The notes under the pieces were generated by a model, which searched no databases, was not told where the DNA came from, and worked only from the letters and a program-made list of their open reading frames with translations. The position numbers and the translations under genes are program-made. DNA of 60,381 nt, taken from a virus. Its lineage: Duplodnaviria > Caudoviricetes. The stretch spans positions 1 through 60,381 of IMG/VR virus record IMGVR_UViG_3300037235_000083; one strand, written 5' to 3'. Below are positions 26,262 through 36,423 of this stretch, piece by piece. Numbering within the stretch: the first letter of the stretch is position 1; each line of letters begins with the position of its first letter.

Positions 26262-26434
26262 TCTGGCTATGCCCGATGGCCTTAATCGCTCGAAAAACGG
26301 CCCACTGCGCGCACCGATGATCCAGAGCGAACCGCGTTTGATACGCGGGTGGACTCGTTTAGAGCACTTTCAACCCTGCGGATACTGGATTCGAATCCTT
26401 AATCCCGTATCCGTGGTGCTGTTGCCGAGGTCAG

Positions 26435-26689
26435 CTATTCTTCTTTCCAGTAACGCATGAATTTGGCATCCGCGGCATGCTCGAGCAGGTAACGGGCCAG
26501 CACTTCTCCGTCTAAACCAGTTGGTACGGCCTTCGGATTGAAGCGGTACTGGAATGTGATGCCGTCCTCATCCCTAGTGACGGTGAAGATGTAAAAAGGC
26601 CCTGGCGTTTCAGTCGACGTGTAGTGATCGACAGCGACCAGGGCGTTGCCGATTCGGAAGACAGGCGCGTTTTTGTTCCGTTTCTTCAC
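26435..26689 (-). CDS. hypothetical protein
   Basis: ORF abutting the upstream gene. Confidence 0.55.
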   Translation of the reverse strand: MKKRNKNAPVFRIGNALVAVDHYTSTETPGPFYIFTVTRDEDGITFQYRFNPKAVPTGLDGEVLARYLLEHAADAKFMRYWKEE

Positions 26690-26989
26690 TTATGACAGCT
26701 GCTTTCTCAGAGCCTCGATCTGATCGTAGATATTGACCAGCCAGTCGCGGCCTCGTTCCGTCAGGATCGCTTCGCGCAGCCGGCGCGGCGTCACGCTCGC
26801 TTCCAGTTCGAGAATCCTGTCGTGGGCGCCGGGAAGCTGCGGCGCACCCGCGGGCGCAGCCGCTTGGGTAACGTCATGGACTTCTTCCCAATGCGCATCG
26901 ATGGCTTTGCCGATCAGATCGTCCTGCGATCCGTCGACGTCGTAGCCGTGAATCTGACCATTGGCAGGATTTTGGAAGTGGCGCATCAC
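26690..26989 (-). CDS. tail fibre assembly chaperone-like protein
   Basis: Downstream of the fibre; I.ELEA..TPRRLREA. Confidence 0.65.
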   Translation of the reverse strand: MMRHFQNPANGQIHGYDVDGSQDDLIGKAIDAHWEEVHDVTQAAAPAGAPQLPGAHDRILELEASVTPRRLREAILTERGRDWLVNIYDQIEALRKQLS

Positions 26990-26999
26990 GGTGTCCTTT

Positions 27000-27941
27000 T
27001 TACCTGCATTCGGCCCACAGATTCAACGCTTGCGCTGTGGTTCCTATGTTGTTCACCTGGTAGACGCCGCCAGGGGGCACGATGAAAGAAACGTGGTTCT
27101 GGTAGTTCAAGTTGAAATTGCTGGCCTGCGAAATGGTGACGCCATTTACCAGAGCAGAAATCGAGCCGCCGTTACCTGGACCCGTATTCCGCGTGGTCAC
27201 CGATACGTAGATCGGCCGTCCCGTCGAATTCGTGTATGCCACTCCCACCGAGCGCGCGCCGGTCTGGTCCCCCCAGGTCTGGCCGCCTGTACCGAACGCG
27301 TTCTGATTGACGAAGGCCGTCGTGGCAATCGTGGTGTTGTTGGTGCCAACCGCCTGGGTCGACGAGTTGCTTGCGCTGCCGGCAACCGTCGCGCTGGCGG
27401 CCGTCGTGGCCGTGGTGGCCGTGGTTGCTGAGCCCGCGGTCAGCGCCGAGGTCGCCGTGTTAGCCGTGGTGGCCGTGGCTGCATTGCCGGTGATGCTGAT
27501 GCCGTAGGTGTGGCCGTCGTTCTTTACGTAAATGGCCAGTAGGTCGTTCCAGCCGGCGCCCCCCGTGTCCGGATCGGTTACGTTGTTGTCGGCCGTCGAA
27601 ATCCAAAACCCGTTGCCGGAAGCCTTGATCAGCACGGCGCCGTTCGGGTAGCCGCCGATCGCGGTCTGAAGCGTCGAGTTGTACTGCGCGAGGCCCCCGG
27701 CCTGAAGCCACTGCAAGCCGGCCGTGATCTGCTCGAGCAACCCGTTGAAATCCTGACCGAACGGTGCAAAGCCGCCGCTCTCGATCGGCTGAAAGCACAA
27801 CGGCGGGAAACCATCGTTCAGGCTCGCGGCCCCGTTGATGAGGCCGATTTGCGAATTCTTCGGGATCGGGCGCGTGTACCCGGCTCCGGCGTTGATCGCG
27901 AATGGCTCTGGAAAATAGGTCGGAATCTGACTGGCAAGCAT
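27000..27941 (-). CDS. tail fibre protein
   Basis: Baseplate-anchor N-terminus (ASLNDGFPP..GQDFNG..GGYP.GA), ATT repeats, C-terminal YTNSTGRPI..VPPG..Y domain. Confidence 0.88.
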   Translation of the reverse strand: MLASQIPTYFPEPFAINAGAGYTRPIPKNSQIGLINGAASLNDGFPPLCFQPIESGGFAPFGQDFNGLLEQITAGLQWLQAGGLAQYNSTLQTAIGGYPNGAVLIKASGNGFWISTADNNVTDPDTGGAGWNDLLAIYVKNDGHTYGISITGNAATATTANTATSALTAGSATTATTATTAASATVAGSASNSSTQAVGTNNTTIATTAFVNQNAFGTGGQTWGDQTGARSVGVAYTNSTGRPIYVSVTTRNTGPGNGGSISALVNGVTISQASNFNLNYQNHVSFIVPPGGVYQVNNIGTTAQALNLWAECR

Positions 27942-27953
27942 CGGTTGGCGTCC

Positions 27954-29366
27954 CTATGGGGCAATCGTGAATGTCACGCCGGTGGGCGGCGAGAACACGC
28001 CCGTTTGTTGCAGGATCGCCTTCTGCACAACGGAGAGCGGCGCCGGAAAGGTGAGCTGGGCCGTCATTGGGCCTGTTTCGATCACGTAGCAGTTGCCGAT
28101 CCCAGGAAAAAGCGTCATCAGCGCCTTGTTGTACGTCGGCGTCGCCGTGCGCGAAATGTTCATCAGGGCCTTGACCAGAATCAGCGTGCGGAAGATCGCA
28201 TCGGAAATGGCGAAGTTCGAGGCGACGTTCACATTGAAGAACACCGCATTGTTGAAGCCCTCGATATGCGCGCCGCTGGCTTCCTGGAATCCGAAATACT
28301 TCGCGGTCGTGGTCGGAATGTTCAGGATGCGAGTCACCCCGACGATGCGGCCCCACACGTCCAGCCCGTAGCCCTGCGCCGTGTCGATATTCCAGATCAG
28401 GTTGAAAAAGGCCTCGATGTTGGCCGCCGGGTCAACGCATTCTTCGAACGACTGGATCAGAGCCAGCAATGCAGGGCTGTTGGCGTACTGGCTTGCGATG
28501 CTGGCTTTCCAGGCCGGTAGCTCGCCGAGTTCAAAGATGAAATTGCCAACCCAGGTGAGCTGCGAATTGGGCAGCGGCGTGACAGTGAACTTGATGAGGC
28601 CCGTAAGGGCATCGAACACGTAGTCAGTCAGCGTGATCGTGGTGAGGATCGTGACGAGGTAGGAAGTGGCCCTATTGCCAACCTCGAGTTGGGCGCCCCA
28701 CAGGTAGTAACTGCCGTTCGCGCCGGTGAAGTCGTAGATTTGGAAGCGCACCTTGGTGTTATTCGGATCGGTGCCCACACCTGAAATCGAGATGCGATAC
28801 CAGCCGTTCGGAAGTGCCGTGATCGAATAGTTGGTGAGCGTCGCGATGTTCGAACCGGTGGCAACCAGGCCCCCCGTTGCAGGGTTCATCGCCACGTTCA
28901 CTGACTGCGTAGTTCCGCCCGTGAACCAGAAGATCGTGAGCGATATGTCGGTGCTGGTTGCACCCTTCACGTACGCGGACGCTGTCCAGGCCTGGGTGCC
29001 GATCGAGGCCACATCCTGGTAGACCGAACTGGCGTTGGCCGTTTGGGTGACAAGCGTGGCCGTGTTCGAACCGTCCGGCGCCGTGCCGGCGGTCGCGCCA
29101 AGCGTGACGCTTCCGAGAGTGGCCCACGGCGTTTGGCCGAAGGCCTGCGATTGCAGCAAGTTGTTCGTGCGCGGCGTGGCGTAAAGCGCCTGGTTGCCCT
29201 GCCAGTCGTTGCGCCACAGGCCAAAGAGGTTGGCCGATACCATTTCCTGGCCCACCGCGCCGATTAAAAACTGATTGGTGCCCCCGTCGCCCACCCCCAG
29301 CAGCGTCGGGCCAGGGGTCACGTAGAACTGAAACTGGCCCCCGGTGTCCTCGTCCGGAATGATCAT
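27954..29366 (-). CDS. baseplate wedge protein (DUF2612-like) with long N-terminal extension
   Basis: SQYANSP..IWNIDTAQGYGLDVWGRIVG; start MIIPDED overlaps the upstream stop. Confidence 0.8.
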   Translation of the reverse strand: MIIPDEDTGGQFQFYVTPGPTLLGVGDGGTNQFLIGAVGQEMVSANLFGLWRNDWQGNQALYATPRTNNLLQSQAFGQTPWATLGSVTLGATAGTAPDGSNTATLVTQTANASSVYQDVASIGTQAWTASAYVKGATSTDISLTIFWFTGGTTQSVNVAMNPATGGLVATGSNIATLTNYSITALPNGWYRISISGVGTDPNNTKVRFQIYDFTGANGSYYLWGAQLEVGNRATSYLVTILTTITLTDYVFDALTGLIKFTVTPLPNSQLTWVGNFIFELGELPAWKASIASQYANSPALLALIQSFEECVDPAANIEAFFNLIWNIDTAQGYGLDVWGRIVGVTRILNIPTTTAKYFGFQEASGAHIEGFNNAVFFNVNVASNFAISDAIFRTLILVKALMNISRTATPTYNKALMTLFPGIGNCYVIETGPMTAQLTFPAPLSVVQKAILQQTGVFSPPTGVTFTIAP

Positions 29367-30571
29367 GTGTAGGTCACGGCGATGTTGGTGGCCGTGATGG
29401 TCGGGACCTGGTTGATCTGCATCAGGATCGCGGTCTGATTGGCCACCGACGTGCCGATCTGCACCGAATACACGACGGCCCAAGGTCCGAGCGCCGCGAT
29501 GTTCTGGTAGAAGCGGCTGGCCAGTATCCAGGCCCCGATGCGCGCGCGCGGGCCGCCGTCGGCTCCCGCAAACGAGGACATCACGGCACTCTGGATCAGC
29601 ACCGTCGCGTTGGGCGGAACGCCGGTGTTGTTCTGCATCGACACAGCGAACAGGACCGGCGTGGGCGTCGGGATCTGGAAATTGATCGTGTAGGAGGGAA
29701 GGGGCGCCTGGTAGCCGGAACCGTCGTCATAGACGATAACGGCCGTGTTGCCGGTGGTCGGAGCGCCCGGGCTTTTCTTGGTCCATATCGCCTTGGCGAT
29801 CGCCGCGCTCGAGCCCCCGTAGGCCGCGCAATAAACCGCATTGGCCCCGATCGTCACCCCGCCGATGGATGCAGGCGAACTGGTCGGATTGTCGATGGTG
29901 TAGGCATCCAGCACGCCCGGCAGCCCCAGGACGGCGGCCTGTATCGCCTGGGTGGATCCTTGGGCATTGTTGGCCACCGACTGCTGCCGGCGCTCTTCGA
30001 AGGCGTAGCGGGATTCGACGAGGGTCCCGGCGACGCCGGCCACCAGGTTGTTGATCGAATCCCAGCCCGGGATCGCCTTGTAGATGCGATTCAGGAACCC
30101 GATCGGGCAGGCCGTCGGTCCTACGATGGCGCACGCGAACGGCAGCACGATCGAGCCGCCCACCGGGATCGTGCCGCTGGTTGCGCAGTAGTAGATGTTG
30201 CCGGCCTGGTCGACCGCCTGGGCGTTCACCGGAATGATGGCATTCGTACGGCCGTAGCACGTGGCACTGACGACCGTCGGTTGCGCCGGCCGGCGCTTCA
30301 GGTACCAGATGCGTCCGATCGCATCCTGCATCCGCCCGCTGGCAAAAGCGGGGTCGACGCCGTTGAAAAGGGCGATCTGCTGGTTGTTAGAGTTGCCGAT
30401 AATCGCCGTCTGGCTCTGCGCCAGTTGTCCCTGCGGCGTGGAAAGACCCGTGGTGAGGCCGGCGCCCAAGGCGGCCATCTGATCCTGCTGTACGCCCGCC
30501 AAAATGGCCGATTCGGCCGGTGCTACGAATCCGGTCGACGTGAAGGCGAGCGCTGGGACGTTGGTGGGCAT
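29363..30571 (-). CDS. baseplate J/gp47-like protein
   Basis: STPQGQLA, DP..ASGRMQDAIGRI, ESR..FE.RR. Confidence 0.88.
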   Translation of the reverse strand: MPTNVPALAFTSTGFVAPAESAILAGVQQDQMAALGAGLTTGLSTPQGQLAQSQTAIIGNSNNQQIALFNGVDPAFASGRMQDAIGRIWYLKRRPAQPTVVSATCYGRTNAIIPVNAQAVDQAGNIYYCATSGTIPVGGSIVLPFACAIVGPTACPIGFLNRIYKAIPGWDSINNLVAGVAGTLVESRYAFEERRQQSVANNAQGSTQAIQAAVLGLPGVLDAYTIDNPTSSPASIGGVTIGANAVYCAAYGGSSAAIAKAIWTKKSPGAPTTGNTAVIVYDDGSGYQAPLPSYTINFQIPTPTPVLFAVSMQNNTGVPPNATVLIQSAVMSSFAGADGGPRARIGAWILASRFYQNIAALGPWAVVYSVQIGTSVANQTAILMQINQVPTITATNIAVTYT

Positions 30572-30931
30572 TTAGAAGCTCGCCGCGGCGATCGTGCCGG
30601 TTGCGTCTGTAATCTGGACCTGGCCGTTCACCTGTCGAACGATAGGATCGAAGGCGGAGATGAAAACCCGTGCCGACACCACTCCCGGAACTTTCAGCGC
30701 CTCGCTTGCCAGCGTCGACTTCAAAAGCGTGAGCGACACCGGCGTTCCCAGCAACAGGCCGAAGTAGTCGATGCCCTGCGCCTGGTTGTAGTAGATGTCG
30801 CCCAGGAAGGTGCGCAGCGCGCTCGCCGCATCCTGCGCCAAGCCATAGGGATCGGTCGCGACGGCGAGATTTCCGTTCACGTCCACGACCAGGTCCCACG
30901 CGGACGGATCCAGGTAAAGCGTCGTACTCAT
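30572..30931 (-). CDS. baseplate wedge/sheath initiator (gp25-like)
   Basis: TLYLDP..WDL.VD..GNLA..AQD.A. Confidence 0.8.
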   Translation of the reverse strand: MSTTLYLDPSAWDLVVDVNGNLAVATDPYGLAQDAASALRTFLGDIYYNQAQGIDYFGLLLGTPVSLTLLKSTLASEALKVPGVVSARVFISAFDPIVRQVNGQVQITDATGTIAAASF

Positions 30932-31680
30932 CAGAGCGGTGTCCCTGTGTTGCCACTGCCGGTGGTGACTCCCGTGTGCACGTGCGTGCTATCGACAGGG
31001 AGCCCGTTGTTGGTGATCGTGCCGGTGCTCGCGATGTTGCCGTTGATCGTGAGCAAGGGCGTCGTGAGGGTGAGTCCGCTCGAGGCGGTAAGGTTCACCG
31101 TGGGCGCCGTAAACGAGAGCGTCGCGGCATCAATTTCCAGCGTGCTGCCCGATTGAAGCAACACGTCCGGCGCGTCAAGTTTTACTTGCTGCGGCGAACT
31201 GATCCGGATGCCGGTCGCGGAAAATTCTACGAACTGCGTCGGCACGCCATTGAGCACTCCGCCAAGGTATAGGCCATCGGCCATGTCATACCGGCGCCGG
31301 CTGCCCGGTGGGGCCTGGGCCTTGCTCGCGATCACGCTGGACAGGTCACGGCTGGCGAAGACTGCGATCCCGATGTCGCCCACCTGCGGATCCAGGATGA
31401 TCGCGTTCGCGCCCCCCTGCATCCGCAGGTACGGGCAATTGAAAATGATCCCGTGCGGCGTCGTGTTACCTGAGCCGTCCATCTGGTTGACCAGAGGCAG
31501 GATGTTGACGAAACCGACCGGCGCCACTCCCCCGGTGGTCGTGACCTCTTGCACCTGGACCAGTGTCGCGGTAGCGATGCGCGACAGGATCGACCAGATC
31601 AGGAAATTCTGGGCGTTGAATTCGTTCAGGAAATCAGTCGGGCTCTGAAGGCCCGAATAGCCTTCGCCTGCGTTGATCAT
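30931..31680 (-). CDS. baseplate central spike (Gp138/GpV-like)
   Basis: PY.R.QGG..DP.VGDIG; C-terminal H.H.GV..G. Confidence 0.85.
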   Translation of the reverse strand: MINAGEGYSGLQSPTDFLNEFNAQNFLIWSILSRIATATLVQVQEVTTTGGVAPVGFVNILPLVNQMDGSGNTTPHGIIFNCPYLRMQGGANAIILDPQVGDIGIAVFASRDLSSVIASKAQAPPGSRRRYDMADGLYLGGVLNGVPTQFVEFSATGIRISSPQQVKLDAPDVLLQSGSTLEIDAATLSFTAPTVNLTASSGLTLTTPLLTINGNIASTGTITNNGLPVDSTHVHTGVTTGSGNTGTPL

Positions 31681-32609
31681 GGTGCCGGATACAGGTCACT
31701 GGACGTGGGAACGCCATGGAACGAGGTCGACCACTGGCCTTCCGGCATTTCGCTTTCGATTTCGTGCGAGATATCGAACATCACAAAGGTCCCGTTCGCA
31801 AACGGCAGACTGCTTTGCACCTGGCAGAGCTTGCCGATGCGCAGCTTGGGATTGAAAAGCGTGGTAATCGCCACGCCCAGATTCCAGTTCGTCGGATACC
31901 CGCGCATGCCGGTCGCCGGGGAAATGAGCGGGGCCAAGGCAGGAGCCGTGACAACGATCTGCGGAATATCGGCGCTGCCAGAACGAAAACCGCCCTTCGG
32001 CCATATCGCCAGCACCCCATCATCCAGGCTGTTCCACTCGAAGTGCGCCTGCTGGACGCACGCGTACATCTGTTCGCGCAATGAGCCGCTGAAATACGGT
32101 GCGTCCAGAATGGCCGAGGCGCCATTGTTTTCGAAGGCATAGGGCGGGCTCGCCTGAGCGGCGAGGTTCGCCAACACCTGCGCCGCGTCGACCGGCACCG
32201 AATAACTGCTAGGCGGGATCATCTGCACTTGCTCGAAGGCGCCGGCATACGCGGCCAGTTCCAGAACGGCGTCCGGGGCGCCGGCCATCTGGATCGGGGC
32301 GAGGGTGATCTGCCCTTGGAAGATTTTTGTGAGGTTGGTGCCGTAATCACCCGCTGCGATGATGATCTGGTTAAAGCGCATCGTCACGGACCCGTTGGCC
32401 AGCCGGATGACTTGGGCCAGTTCGTTCATCATCGAGCGCGTCAGGCCATGCACCCTCACCGTGGCCTGGCCCATGGAAGGGCCGCCCGCATTCTGGATGC
32501 TGACCTGAACGCGCAGGCCTGAGACGGTCACCTGGTCGAAGCTACTCTGGCCGAAGGTGCCTTTGCCCAGCCTGAAGGTCAGATCGATCGCGCGGCGAAC
32601 GTAGGTCAT
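31677..32609 (-). CDS. baseplate hub protein
   Basis: Start MTYVRRAID; position and GM.GYP motif. Confidence 0.78.
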   Translation of the reverse strand: MTYVRRAIDLTFRLGKGTFGQSSFDQVTVSGLRVQVSIQNAGGPSMGQATVRVHGLTRSMMNELAQVIRLANGSVTMRFNQIIIAAGDYGTNLTKIFQGQITLAPIQMAGAPDAVLELAAYAGAFEQVQMIPPSSYSVPVDAAQVLANLAAQASPPYAFENNGASAILDAPYFSGSLREQMYACVQQAHFEWNSLDDGVLAIWPKGGFRSGSADIPQIVVTAPALAPLISPATGMRGYPTNWNLGVAITTLFNPKLRIGKLCQVQSSLPFANGTFVMFDISHEIESEMPEGQWSTSFHGVPTSSDLYPAP

Positions 32610-35600
32610 CAGGGCAACGCCGGCACAGGATCGGTACTTTCGATGTAGCAGAGCTGGTATCGCGTACCGAGCCCGGGGCTGGTCGGGTCGTTGGTGCCGT
32701 GCGTGTCCTGCCAGATCAGATCGCCGATGAATCCCAGGTAGTCCAGCCGCACCAAGCGGTTCAAGTTCTGGCACGCGACGCCGGTCGCCAAGGGCACGTC
32801 GTTCACGAAAAGGTCCAGATAGAGCGCATCAGGTCCGTCGGTGCTGCTGATCGTGTCGACAAACAATGAAGCGTAAGCAGCCGGCGGGGAATACGTGAAG
32901 GTGTTGGCTCCCAGGTTGAAGACCGTGGCGCTGCCGATCGCGCTCACGCTCATGGCCGGAAACCACGTGTTCGATGCGATGCCGCTCAGCGTGAAAACGA
33001 ACACGCCGTTGCGGTACATCGACAGCGTGCCGGTCGAAGCATTGAAGGCGAACCCGAGCACGTCGCCCATGTTGAATGGGTACGTGCCGTCGGCCACGAT
33101 CTGCGTACCGTTGTAGAAGATCCCGCCCAAATACGACCATCCGACCGAGGAAGCCGATGTGTCGCTGCCGATTCCCACCGGGCCGGAGAGCGGGAACGTG
33201 GCCGTGGCGATCCCGATCCGGTAAATGCCCGTCGGATTGATGAAGGTCGGGATCACTTCCCAGTAATAGCTGCCGGTTGCGACGCCGACATACGTCCTGG
33301 CGGTCTGCACGATGACCATCGCGGAGGTCGCTGGCAGAATGGTCCACAAAGCCAGTGTGTTCGAACGAATGAACGCACCATATCCATTGGCCGCCAGCAT
33401 CGCGCCAGGACCAGCGAGCGCGGAATTGGAAAACACGCTCGCGGTCGAGTACAGCAACGCCGTGGTGCCGCCGCTTAACTGCAATATCGATAGGCCGTTG
33501 GCCGAACTTCCACCTTCCCACAACCAGAGCGTTTGAAGATCGCCGTCCAGGCAGCCTTTGAACTGCGTTGTGTTATTCGGCGACGAATCGCTGAAGTCGC
33601 CGCTCAGTGCGGCAATAGAAGGGAAATACGTGCCGGAAATGCTGCCGTACGCTACCAGAGAGGCCGAACCTCCCGTCACATTGACGACGTTCCACTCCAG
33701 CGGTGACGCGTCGCTCGCGTTGGCCGTCAGAATCACGATATGCGCACCGTCTGCGCATGGATAAATTCCCTGCACATACATCTGAGAGGGAACGTTCGCG
33801 TTGCCGGCCAGACAGGGTAAGCAATCGAACTGGTAGGCCGCCGTTCCTGTCGCGTATCCTGACGTCACGACCACGTAGCCGCCGCCTGGATCGCTCGAGT
33901 AGGCCGCTGCCGGTGTCGTAAACGGTGAGGTTGGCGGCGTGAAGTTGCCCGTGTACTGCGCCACGCCCATCGAGATTCGCACTTCGTCGATATAGCCGGC
34001 CCACACACTGCCGCCGCCTAGCGCTGGGAATGCCGCGCCTATCGCTAGTCCTGATTGCGTGGATCCGATCGAACCGCTCGCAGTCACCGTCCATTGGCTG
34101 ACGCCGTCCAAATATGCATCGAACTGGTTGCCGTGGCGGACGAAGGCGTAATGATGCGGAACATTGGCAGTGACAAACGCGCCAGCGGTCATCGCTACCA
34201 TAAATCCGGTGAACGTTGAGTTTGCGCACGTCATCGTGAGCTGACCCATGTTCAGGAAAAACGCGATACCGTTGTTCGGGCTGCCGAAGATTTGACTCCC
34301 GAATAAAACACGCGATCCGGTCACGTCCGTCGCGTTACCCCAGCATTCGAAGGTGAAATCTGCGGAGCCAGGCTTGTAAAGATCGTCCGTTGTCGTGATG
34401 CAATCGGTGGTGCCGTTTAAAAGTAACGACGATGGCCCGAACTGGGCCCACGCGGTCGACAGATGAGCCGTGTTGTCACGCACCCAAGTGCCGGGATATT
34501 CATCAACCATTGTGGTTGAACCATTAGCCCCGTCGAAGTGCAATAGCGCGGTCACATTCGAGAATGGGAAGGGCGCTGTTGGGGGCGTGAAATTGGCCGT
34601 GTAGAGGGCGATATTGCTGATCCGCACCTCGTCGATATAGCCGTTGAAGATTTCGCCGATGTTAGCGATATCCCCGCCTATCCCAATAGGCTGACCGTTC
34701 GTAGAAATGGTGCCGGTGAGCGTCGCGCTGCCAAAGGACGTCCCGTTCAAATATGCGGTAACAGTCCCGGAGCTGCGAACGAGCGCACAGTGATACCACT
34801 GTCCGGTGGACAAAAGCGGGCCAGTTACGTTGAATCCGTACGAGCCGTGGCTGTTGCTGGCGTAGAAATGAATGTGATCATTTAGATCATCTTGGAATAG
34901 CAACCAGGAAGAGCCGCCTACCGTTCCGGTCTGGCCTAAAAACGAAGTGTTGATGCCGCCCGAAGAGAGCGCATTGAAGTAGACAAAGCACTCAAGCGTG
35001 AAATCGCCGGTAAATTCCCAGGTCGGATTATCCGGAGTCGTAATGTGTTGGTTGGTGGTGCTCGCAAGCGAAGCCGTTCCAAATTTGAAGTGCGACGTCG
35101 TTAACGTCGCGCCATTTACGGCCGACCATGAATTGCCGGCCGCGTCCGTGAATGTGCTGGATCCATTTGGGCCGTCCAGATGCAACAGTGCGAGTGTTCC
35201 TCCACCCACGGAAGCAGCAGCGGACACGCCGGGCGCAAAACAGACGCTATTGCCCTCTCTAGTCCCGAACGCCCCGTAGCCGGCTCTACTGATCCCGAAG
35301 CCGGAACCGACGGGGCCGACGCTGCTTTGACTGCGCGATCCCCACGCAGCCTGAACGGTAGAGTCGGCCACGGATCCGTGATATGAACCGGTCGCGATGT
35401 CGTAGGTGTATGAGTTGCCGTCACCTCTGAGCTGCGGGAATGTGGTCCCGTAGTTACACCCATCGGTGATGTGTATCCCGGTCGGATCGATACCGGTCAC
35501 GATTGGCCAGAGAGCGCCAGCGTTGGTTTGCGTGCCGGAAGTCGCAAAGGTCGGGGTCGACACGGCGACCTCGAACACGTCGCGCAATCCGGATCCTGGA

Positions 35601-35827
35601 GGCAGCCCAGACGTTGTCGGAGCCGACGTCATGATCGCGAGGTTGCCTTGGATAGATATGCCGGAGCCGGCGGGCCCCAAGGCGACGCCGCTGGCGGATG
35701 GACTTTGCTGTGCGCCGATGGCCGGATTACGGGTGGACTTCTGATAGATGTTCAGCGTGCACGACTGGCCACCCAGGATGACGTCCAGGCTTTGCGAAAA
35801 CGCATCGACCACCGGAACGATCTGCAT
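32609..35827 (-). CDS. small baseplate protein carrying a ~970-aa insert (2 LamG/ConA + SPRY-like domains)
   Basis: Baseplate-like N- and C-termini flank two LLH.DG.NGS..GYIDEVRIS repeats and YYWEV..GDVLG.A..WFPA. Confidence 0.8.
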   Translation of the reverse strand: MQIVPVVDAFSQSLDVILGGQSCTLNIYQKSTRNPAIGAQQSPSASGVALGPAGSGISIQGNLAIMTSAPTTSGLPPGSGLRDVFEVAVSTPTFATSGTQTNAGALWPIVTGIDPTGIHITDGCNYGTTFPQLRGDGNSYTYDIATGSYHGSVADSTVQAAWGSRSQSSVGPVGSGFGISRAGYGAFGTREGNSVCFAPGVSAAASVGGGTLALLHLDGPNGSSTFTDAAGNSWSAVNGATLTTSHFKFGTASLASTTNQHITTPDNPTWEFTGDFTLECFVYFNALSSGGINTSFLGQTGTVGGSSWLLFQDDLNDHIHFYASNSHGSYGFNVTGPLLSTGQWYHCALVRSSGTVTAYLNGTSFGSATLTGTISTNGQPIGIGGDIANIGEIFNGYIDEVRISNIALYTANFTPPTAPFPFSNVTALLHFDGANGSTTMVDEYPGTWVRDNTAHLSTAWAQFGPSSLLLNGTTDCITTTDDLYKPGSADFTFECWGNATDVTGSRVLFGSQIFGSPNNGIAFFLNMGQLTMTCANSTFTGFMVAMTAGAFVTANVPHHYAFVRHGNQFDAYLDGVSQWTVTASGSIGSTQSGLAIGAAFPALGGGSVWAGYIDEVRISMGVAQYTGNFTPPTSPFTTPAAAYSSDPGGGYVVVTSGYATGTAAYQFDCLPCLAGNANVPSQMYVQGIYPCADGAHIVILTANASDASPLEWNVVNVTGGSASLVAYGSISGTYFPSIAALSGDFSDSSPNNTTQFKGCLDGDLQTLWLWEGGSSANGLSILQLSGGTTALLYSTASVFSNSALAGPGAMLAANGYGAFIRSNTLALWTILPATSAMVIVQTARTYVGVATGSYYWEVIPTFINPTGIYRIGIATATFPLSGPVGIGSDTSASSVGWSYLGGIFYNGTQIVADGTYPFNMGDVLGFAFNASTGTLSMYRNGVFVFTLSGIASNTWFPAMSVSAIGSATVFNLGANTFTYSPPAAYASLFVDTISSTDGPDALYLDLFVNDVPLATGVACQNLNRLVRLDYLGFIGDLIWQDTHGTNDPTSPGLGTRYQLCYIESTDPVPALP

Positions 35828-35832
35828 CGGCT

Positions 35833-36423
35833 TTACTGGAGCCCGGCTGGAACTGGCACGCTGGTACCAGGCTGCACCAGCCCCACGGTTTGTGGATCAG
35901 CACCGCTGGGCGCTTTGGTGTCCGCGAAGGCCAGGGTTGCCGTTGACCGGATTTCGATGAGGCCAATTTCCACCGTGATCAGCGTCTTGCCGTGATCGGC
36001 GGTGCGTTCGTACTCGACGTGCGCGATGTTCACGCTCGAAAAGATCCGCTCAGGTGTCAGGACGTCGTACAGCGCCAACGACTGCGCGGCCGCATCGATG
36101 GCTGCCAGGAAGGCGTATCGGTCCGCCTGGGAGCCGCCCTTGGACAGCTTCACCATGACATCGAAGGGCATTTCAACTTTGTTGTAGGACTCAAACGCCC
36201 CTTGCTCGAGCGGGTAGTCCGCAATGCGCCAGTCCTGGCGGTACCGCAGGCTCACCACCGAATCGGCTAGGGCGATCGGCTCGTTGTTAAGGTAAATGCC
36301 CCACGGGGCCTGCAAGGCGCCGAATAGGCTCACCGCGTCGGCCTGAAGCAGGACGGTGGTGTTCAGGAGGTTGCTAAGCCCGGCTGGCGCCGCGACCAGC
36401 GGGGGAAGGCCCGCTATGCTCAT
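35833..36423 (-). CDS. tail tube initiator / Dit-like baseplate protein
   Basis: WGIY..DYPLEQG.F.SYNKV..P. Confidence 0.78.
   Translation of the reverse strand: MSIAGLPPLVAAPAGLSNLLNTTVLLQADAVSLFGALQAPWGIYLNNEPIALADSVVSLRYRQDWRIADYPLEQGAFESYNKVEMPFDVMVKLSKGGSQADRYAFLAAIDAAAQSLALYDVLTPERIFSSVNIAHVEYERTADHGKTLITVEIGLIEIRSTATLAFADTKAPSGADPQTVGLVQPGTSVPVPAGLQ

Noticed and set aside
26378-26414. tRNA call from GGATTCGAATCC
   Set aside because: No cloverleaf could be built around it
27370-27485. GCCGTGGT-like tandem repeats
   Set aside because: They encode the ATT/ATA repeats of the fibre shaft
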